From: a virus
Taxonomy: Duplodnaviria > Caudoviricetes
Length of the DNA: 53,846 nucleotides
Reading direction: 5' to 3' (one strand)
Virus record (IMG/VR): IMGVR_UViG_3300005253_000102
Coordinates: 1-53,846 of that record
Shown here: positions 47,649 to 53,846 of the stretch, one piece after another
Numbering within the stretch: the first letter of the stretch is position 1
Layout: every line of letters starts with the position of its first letter
The notes under the pieces: generated by a model
What the model saw: only the letters and a program-made list of their open reading frames with translations
Database searches by the model: none
What the model was told of the DNA's origin: nothing
Position numbers and translations under genes: made by a program

Positions 47649-49846
47649 GTAAACCTAAGCAAAATATTGATGATTATACTGTAGGCAATTTTTATCCTGA
47701 GGCTCTCCTTGTGTTTGTTTCGATAGATGAAAATGGTGATCCTATAAGAAATTTGGCTAGTGCGTTTACTACTATTCCTGATATTAGTGATATTACTGAT
47801 GTACAACTTTCTCTGGGTAGTACTGGGAAACTTGGCCAATTTACTGTACGTATTAATAATGCTAATAATAAGTATTTTGTTGCCGACGATATGGAAATGG
47901 AAATTACAAATTTGAAAAAGGGGACAGTTGGAACATTTACTAGTTCTGTGGATGCTAATCGTATAGTTATTGAAGAGGCAGAGGCTGCAACAACTTGGGA
48001 AAATGTTCAGGATTTTTTAAATAATGAAGTGTTCCCACGGGTATACCCCGATCCTCCTGAAGGCGATGATGGACAAACATATATTGTATATCAAGATGGA
48101 GATGAGTATATATATAACATTATTTCTAATGATTCAGCAGCTGCGGAGTCTCAGGATCCCCCTGTTCAAGGGGAAAATCCTCCACCTGCAGAAGAAGAAG
48201 TAACAGAAGAACTAACAGAAAAGCAAAAACAGGATAGAATTGTCGCCGCAAATAGGAAGAGGTTTCAAACAGAGAGGCTCAACTTGAAAAAAGTTCCTCT
48301 CAGCATAGAGGAAGTTGCAGAGTTAAAGAAAAAAACAAAGCACCAATCTGCGTTCTTTGAAGAATACGGAGGCCAGTTAGAGAATGGTAGGTGTGTATTT
48401 GTTCCTATGCAATTAATGGTATGTTTACTGACCCGTAGATTTAAGGATAAAAATGATCCAGAGGATATGATTGTTGCATTTACTGGATTTATTGATAGTG
48501 TCAGTGAAGAATACGATGGAAAAGCTAGTATGCTTCGTATTCAGGGAACTGATGTTTCAAAATTAATGCACATAACTCAAGCAAATGTAAATCCATCACT
48601 TTTCCAGCGTGCTCTTCCCGGGGGGGGTCAATATAAAATATGGTCAAATATCTTTTCAGGTCAACAAGGATGGCAGATCATCAAAACTCTTATAATAGGT
48701 GGAGAAGACACTGAAGGGCAGGCTATACACGGCGCAGGCCATTTTGTGTACAATGCAAAATATAGTCCAGACAGTAGTACTGACGGTAAAACTGTTGAAA
48801 AACGTGCAATACTTACAGGGTTGAAGTTCCAAGCAGCTCAATGGGACAAAGATGGCAATGTGATTATTGCGAACGATAAATTAGACAAACTTTTCTTTAG
48901 GCCCGGACGAGTACATATACAGATTTTACCTTTTGAAGTATCCCCTAAAGGTTTGAGGGATTTGTCAGTATATAAGAAAATTTTTGGCGCATCTTTTCAA
49001 AATTGGCAAAATGAATATCGCAGTCATCTTGAAATTGCAAATGAAGTTGCACAATTATCTAATTATGAATTCTATGCTGATCAGTTTGGTGATATTTGGT
49101 ATCACCAGCCCAGATTTCATAATTATCATATTTTGACTAATGATAACCCTGAAGTATATATTATTCGTGACGAGGATATTATAACTTACCAGTTTACTGA
49201 AAGTGATAAGGATGTTGTATCAACGATTTATGTGGCAGGCCAACCAAATTATTCAGAGGTTCCTCCACAAATTATGAAGATGACTGGATTTTATGAAGAC
49301 AGTAGTTTGTTACGTAAATATGGTAGACGGATGATGAGTTTAAGTCATCCATATATCACAGATACGAGTGATTGTTTTTACTTTGCAAAATCTTGGATGC
49401 TTCGAGTCAATGCAGGAAGATTTGTTGGGACAATAACAATGTTAGGTCGTCCTGAATTACGTATGCATATGCCTGTGTACATTCCTATGCGCAATATGAT
49501 ATATTACATTATAGGAATTTCACATAAGTTTGTATATGGTCAAACGTTTACAACTACGTTACAATTGAAATATGGGCATAAACCTTGGGAAATTCTTCCA
49601 GAAATTTTGGATTATGGTATTCCTGATAAAATATCCTCTGAGAATCCGAGTACTGATTCAGAGGGCACTGCATCAGCACAAGGTGATAAAACGTTGGCAT
49701 TAGGGGAAAATGTACCCGTTACTCCAGAACCTTCACCTCCACGTGAAAGTACAAATACTCCTATTCAAAATACAGAAAACTTTACGGGTTATGGAATTGC
49801 TAATCCAGGTGTAACATATCCTGATATCCCGGGCAGGAGTAATTAA
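47645..49846 (+). CDS. baseplate hub protein (gp27/gpD-like)
   Basis: FTGFIDSV, IQGTDVSKL, EFYADQFGDIWY, KYGRR, GTITMLGRPELR, GISHKF..TTTLQL. Confidence 0.7.
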   Translation: MSKPKQNIDDYTVGNFYPEALLVFVSIDENGDPIRNLASAFTTIPDISDITDVQLSLGSTGKLGQFTVRINNANNKYFVADDMEMEITNLKKGTVGTFTSSVDANRIVIEEAEAATTWENVQDFLNNEVFPRVYPDPPEGDDGQTYIVYQDGDEYIYNIISNDSAAAESQDPPVQGENPPPAEEEVTEELTEKQKQDRIVAANRKRFQTERLNLKKVPLSIEEVAELKKKTKHQSAFFEEYGGQLENGRCVFVPMQLMVCLLTRRFKDKNDPEDMIVAFTGFIDSVSEEYDGKASMLRIQGTDVSKLMHITQANVNPSLFQRALPGGGQYKIWSNIFSGQQGWQIIKTLIIGGEDTEGQAIHGAGHFVYNAKYSPDSSTDGKTVEKRAILTGLKFQAAQWDKDGNVIIANDKLDKLFFRPGRVHIQILPFEVSPKGLRDLSVYKKIFGASFQNWQNEYRSHLEIANEVAQLSNYEFYADQFGDIWYHQPRFHNYHILTNDNPEVYIIRDEDIITYQFTESDKDVVSTIYVAGQPNYSEVPPQIMKMTGFYEDSSLLRKYGRRMMSLSHPYITDTSDCFYFAKSWMLRVNAGRFVGTITMLGRPELRMHMPVYIPMRNMIYYIIGISHKFVYGQTFTTTLQLKYGHKPWEILPEILDYGIPDKISSENPSTDSEGTASAQGDKTLALGENVPVTPEPSPPRESTNTPIQNTENFTGYGIANPGVTYPDIPGRSN

Positions 49847-51045
49847 TGCGCGCATTCAACGCAAAAGATTTTTCGTCACACTTTACACAAAAACCTCAAC
49901 CAGGTACGTATTTGAGACCCGCAGTGATTACAAGTGTAAACCCTGCTATAGGTACAGTTAATATTGAATGGTTAGATCATCCAGGCGTACGTCAAGATAT
50001 ACTACTATCTCCGAGTGGTCAGGGAATATTTGAATTACCTACAGTGGGCAGTGTAGTATTAGTAGGTTTTGGTATTGGATTTGATGCATATATTTTAGCG
50101 TACATACCTGTAGGTTATAGAGATTTAGTAGGTACTCCTCGGGAAGGTACCCAGGAAGGTACCCAGGAAGTCACAGCGCCATTAATGAAACTTGGCGTAG
50201 GTGAAAAGATGTTGGTATCGTATTTAGCGAAATCAGAGGAAAATCAGAATAATCAATTTGCAACACCATCAACAACTGGCACGTATTTACATATGTCAAA
50301 TGTTGGTGATATTCTTATGAAAACAGCAGAAGGGGATTACTGGAGATTGGATAGACGTAATAATATTATCCAACAGAATTCTATGAACTATCGCGTAATT
50401 ACTGAAGCAGGTATTTTAGACTTTGGGTTAGTTAAACGTTCATCTACTGAAGATATTATTTCGGTTGCGGGATCTCCGTTGGGCGATGATACCTCTGTTG
50501 CAGGTTCTGAAAACGCACTTACAGAATTTCGTTTAAGGATTTTAGAAACTGCTGATGCAAATGCTCTCACTGCTCCAGAAGTTGAAGATCCTCTTATTGA
50601 ACTCACACTGGGTACAAAAGTTACGAATGATGGAGAGATTGTAGTAACTGATGGTACTTACGCAGACACGTCTGATGGAGATCAAAAAGAAATTATGATT
50701 CAGCTTAAAACAAAAGCTGACCAAGGTTTTGAATTTACCGTAGATAAGGAAGGTAATCTTACAATTAAAGTGAATGGTAATGTAAAGTTTGCAATTAGTG
50801 AAGGGGATATGCAGATAGATATTGACGAAGGACGTGAACTGAGGCTAGGCGGAAGTAATGGTGAGCAGGCACTTTTAGGTGAATCCTTTCAAAGAAGCTT
50901 TAATTCCCTTGTAGAATATGTGAATAAACTACATTATATAACACCTGCGGGTAATCTTGCGCCGCTTATCCCATCATCTGCACCTGCAGGAACGGCGAAG
51001 AAGTCATCATCTGTTGACCTTTCTAAAAAAATAAAAAGTGAATAG
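49846..51045 (+). CDS. baseplate central spike (gp5/gpV-like)
   Basis: OB-fold-like N-terminus (ITSVNP..ELPTVGSVVLVGF), beta-helix repeats, LGESF..LHY tip. Confidence 0.65.
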   Translation: MRAFNAKDFSSHFTQKPQPGTYLRPAVITSVNPAIGTVNIEWLDHPGVRQDILLSPSGQGIFELPTVGSVVLVGFGIGFDAYILAYIPVGYRDLVGTPREGTQEGTQEVTAPLMKLGVGEKMLVSYLAKSEENQNNQFATPSTTGTYLHMSNVGDILMKTAEGDYWRLDRRNNIIQQNSMNYRVITEAGILDFGLVKRSSTEDIISVAGSPLGDDTSVAGSENALTEFRLRILETADANALTAPEVEDPLIELTLGTKVTNDGEIVVTDGTYADTSDGDQKEIMIQLKTKADQGFEFTVDKEGNLTIKVNGNVKFAISEGDMQIDIDEGRELRLGGSNGEQALLGESFQRSFNSLVEYVNKLHYITPAGNLAPLIPSSAPAGTAKKSSSVDLSKKIKSE

Positions 51046-51051
51046 TATATA

Positions 51052-53256
51052 ATGGCTATTGATCCAGTACAAATTAAACGTTTACTTGGACTTGCGATTC
51101 ATCAAGCGCTGAAAGCTACGCCTGATAAAGACCCACGCAGGGATTTACAGACGGGTGAAAAACTATGGATTCGCGCGGCAGGTCCAATGGTTGATTATTT
51201 ATATGACAGTAATATTTTAACTGCAGTTACAAAGAATTACGTAGATACTGTATCGGGATCAATAGGTCAAGACTTAAATCATCAAGTATTAGAATTATAT
51301 AGTTACGTTGACGCGGTATCGGGAAGTAGCGTTGCGCAAGATCTTCAGAGTGTTACTAGTTTAGGGAATACTACTACAAATCCATTATTAGTGCAAGTAT
51401 CTGGTTCTACATTTAGTACTTTGACTGTTTTCGGCAATACTGTCATAGGTGGTGTATTAGATATTCAATCGCACAAAATTATAAATGTTACTGATCCTAC
51501 ATCAAATCAAGATGCAGCTACTAAAATTTATGTAGACACCATATCAGGATCAATAGGTAATAACTTAGAATTTAACTATGCTACCAAAACTTATGTTGAT
51601 ACCGTAAGTGGAAGCATTGGTACAGATCTTAATGATCAGATTCATAAAGTCAGAGAGTACACAGATGACGAGATAGTTACAGTATCAGGAAGTATTGGAA
51701 TAGACTTAAATCATCAAGTATTAAAATTATATGCTTATGTAGATACCTCATCAGGAAGTAGTGCTCAGAGTCTTCAGGCCGTCACTAATATAGGTAATAC
51801 TACTACACAGGATATCACCGCAGCGAATTTAATAGCTACTACTTCTGGATCTTCGCTCAAAGATACCTTAATTGACGGAAATCTTCAAGTCAATGATGAT
51901 CTTATAGTTAATGGTGATAAGGTCTATATTAACCACAATGGTCCTGAAGCTTCTTCTTATTTCTTCTTCTATGAGAATGGATCTAATCAGGGAGCCTTCC
52001 TTGGATGGTGGGATGCGGAGGATAGATTTATAATATCACATAGTTTACAATCTGCTATTGATTTAAAAGCCGGTGGTGATTTAAAAGCCGGTGATAATAT
52101 TTATATTAATTATGATGGTGCCGATGGTGATTCGTATCTGTATTTCTATGAAGGAGGTTCTGCTACCGGCGCGTTTTTGAAATGGGATGACGGTCCTGGT
52201 GTCTTTGTTTTCGACCACGGGATATCGACAACAATCGGTAACTCAACTTTTGTTGGTGATGTTAGAATTGGAGATCGACTGTTCGTTAATTCTAATGGGC
52301 CTGAAGGCGACGGCACTATCTTTTTCTACGAAGGTGGAGCTGAAGGCGGGGCAGCCTTATGGTGGAGAGACAGTACAACTAATTTTGAATTATCTCATTT
52401 TCTTGTTGTAGCCTCTTCTGGTTCACACTTTAATACATTAACTACTACTCATGACCTATTAGTAGGTGGTGATATTCAAGGTGAATATATACAAATATTT
52501 GGGCAGATAGACTGTCAGCTACCCACCGGAGGGACTTCTGGCCAGGGAATTGCTATGACGTCATTTGATGGCATAGGGTTGTTAAGCCTCGAGAACGGAA
52601 CGGCAGTGGCGAATGTTATGGCCCCGTTTTTGAGGGGAAAGGCATCTCATACGACCGCTTCAGGATTGTTGATCCAGGGGGAACCCTATGTAGATGATGG
52701 GACAGCTGCAGGGGCGGTACATATAAGAGCTAAAGACCCTGATGGAAATAGTGGCATAGATGCAGGCATTGTGTTAGAGGTCTACAACTGGACGACAAGT
52801 CTACTAACTATAGACTACGCTGGAGTTGTGAAGATTGATGCAAACGTACTGGATATGGATTCACACAAAATTATAAATGTGACAGATCCAGGTGACGCTC
52901 AAGATGCAGCCACTAAAGCTTATGTAGATGCTGCGTCAGATGAACGACTAAAAACAAATATCGTACCATTAACCGGATGCCTTGAAAATGTTAATCAGTT
53001 AAATCCTATACGATTCAATTGGAATGATAAGGGTAAAGGTTTTGCAAAAGATAATCTTGCAGATACTGAAGTGGGATTGATAGCGCAGGAAGTAGCCAAA
53101 GTGTATCCAGAAGTAGTCTTCCATAAACATGATGATGATAATAATTTGGCTATAGATTATTCGAGATTAACTGCTGTGTTGATTAAAGCAATACAAGAAC
53201 TGTCTTCAAAAGTGAAAGATTTAGAATTAAATAAAGTAAACAATGATATTAAATAA
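51052..53256 (+). CDS. tail fibre with a C-terminal intramolecular chaperone (peptidase S74)
   Basis: HKIINVTDP..QDAATK.YVD repeats; SDERLKTNI...GLIAQEV..VYPEVV...IDYSRL..LIKAIQEL. Confidence 0.88.
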   Translation: MAIDPVQIKRLLGLAIHQALKATPDKDPRRDLQTGEKLWIRAAGPMVDYLYDSNILTAVTKNYVDTVSGSIGQDLNHQVLELYSYVDAVSGSSVAQDLQSVTSLGNTTTNPLLVQVSGSTFSTLTVFGNTVIGGVLDIQSHKIINVTDPTSNQDAATKIYVDTISGSIGNNLEFNYATKTYVDTVSGSIGTDLNDQIHKVREYTDDEIVTVSGSIGIDLNHQVLKLYAYVDTSSGSSAQSLQAVTNIGNTTTQDITAANLIATTSGSSLKDTLIDGNLQVNDDLIVNGDKVYINHNGPEASSYFFFYENGSNQGAFLGWWDAEDRFIISHSLQSAIDLKAGGDLKAGDNIYINYDGADGDSYLYFYEGGSATGAFLKWDDGPGVFVFDHGISTTIGNSTFVGDVRIGDRLFVNSNGPEGDGTIFFYEGGAEGGAALWWRDSTTNFELSHFLVVASSGSHFNTLTTTHDLLVGGDIQGEYIQIFGQIDCQLPTGGTSGQGIAMTSFDGIGLLSLENGTAVANVMAPFLRGKASHTTASGLLIQGEPYVDDGTAAGAVHIRAKDPDGNSGIDAGIVLEVYNWTTSLLTIDYAGVVKIDANVLDMDSHKIINVTDPGDAQDAATKAYVDAASDERLKTNIVPLTGCLENVNQLNPIRFNWNDKGKGFAKDNLADTEVGLIAQEVAKVYPEVVFHKHDDDNNLAIDYSRLTAVLIKAIQELSSKVKDLELNKVNNDIK

Positions 53257-53279
53257 CACTTTTATATAGAGGCCATAAA

Positions 53280-53342
53280 ATGACATTAACAGTAACTTGG
53301 ATTGAGTGGTCCGAACGTGATAAGATAGAAATGGGACTATGA
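53280..53342 (+). CDS. 20-aa mini-ORF, possible gene remnant
   Basis: GAGG RBS; MTLTVTWIEW resembles MAVTVTWVEF of 36443; ATGA overlap with the next ORF. Confidence 0.35.
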   Translation: MTLTVTWIEWSERDKIEMGL

Positions 53343-53846
53343 TAATTACCACTGCACAATTACAACAGATAGTTAATACAATTGGAATATCTACTTGTTT
53401 TGTCAAAGCATTAGTAGGGCTATCTCGCCCTGCAAGAATGGCTTTAAAAATGCAGTTGAACCGGTCAAAGCGTGCATTGAAAGCAGAGTTGGCTACTTAC
53501 GCATTTAAATCTAAAATTGCTGCTCGAAAACAAGTTGAGATTAACAAAGTGTTTTCAAGTGCAAGTGCAATTCTTAGTCAGCAAAAGAGAGTTTTACACT
53601 TGTTAAATATTGGTCCTGAATTTAACGATTGCGCAGAAGTACAGAAATTAATAAACTCGTTATTATCACTTGCCAATGTTAAAGGGATTTCGTTGGGTGG
53701 ATACAGAGACGCTGAAAATATATTAAATGCATTAAATTTTGAGGCACAACAAATTGCAAAATCTATTGATTTTGCAGAAAATGTTGTGGAAACTGTCAAT
53801 ACTCAAATTGACTCAGTTGACAAGTATATAAAGGTACTTGATGCGA
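53339..53846 (+). CDS. helical hypothetical protein (truncated by the window end)
   Basis: Manual translation MIITTAQLQQIVNTIG... is open to the window end. Confidence 0.6.
   Translation, partial: MIITTAQLQQIVNTIGISTCFVKALVGLSRPARMALKMQLNRSKRALKAELATYAFKSKIAARKQVEINKVFSSASAILSQQKRVLHLLNIGPEFNDCAEVQKLINSLLSLANVKGISLGGYRDAENILNALNFEAQQIAKSIDFAENVVETVNTQIDSVDKYIKVLDA

Noticed and set aside
50141-52095. Short in-frame duplications (GGAAGGTACCCA x2; GATTTAAAAGCCGGTG x2) and similar microrepeats at 6783, 29718 and 31811
   Set aside because: Ordinary slippage duplications in flexible protein segments; all are multiples of 3, so no phase variation is implied.

Overview
This window is part of a large tailed dsDNA phage genome with a contractile tail (myovirus-like). 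Its head module resembles, from memory, that of Bxz1-type phages. Layout: (i) 1-6350 is a leftward block of small early-type genes, very AT-rich up to about 4660, ending in SprT-like, NADAR and dCMP deaminase genes. (ii) 6480-11700 is a rightward RNA-rich region with 14 recognisable tRNAs, two aberrant tRNA-like genes and at least three unexplained structured RNAs, interleaved with gmd and a metallophosphoesterase. (iii) 11700-19940 holds accessory genes: GroES, QueE, an AAA+ ATPase, a TGT/DpdA-like protein and DUF366. (iv) 19948 to the end is the virion module: portal, two sigma-like genes, peptide deformylase, fibre/decoration proteins, protease-scaffold, major capsid, neck, sheath, tube, tape measure, baseplate and an S74 tail fibre, plus a free-standing GIY-YIG endonuclease. 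The most striking unexplained signal is a portable peptide tag of about 13 aa ([ST]xxExxVQxALG[TS]) found on 12 small proteins of several unrelated folds, several of which appear to be expressed as leaderless mRNAs from their own promoters. Other leads are the novel ncRNAs, a QueE/DpdA-like/DUF366 deazaguanine cluster and an S-G-S tripeptide concentrated in exterior virion proteins. All family calls come from motif recognition by eye; no database searches were run.
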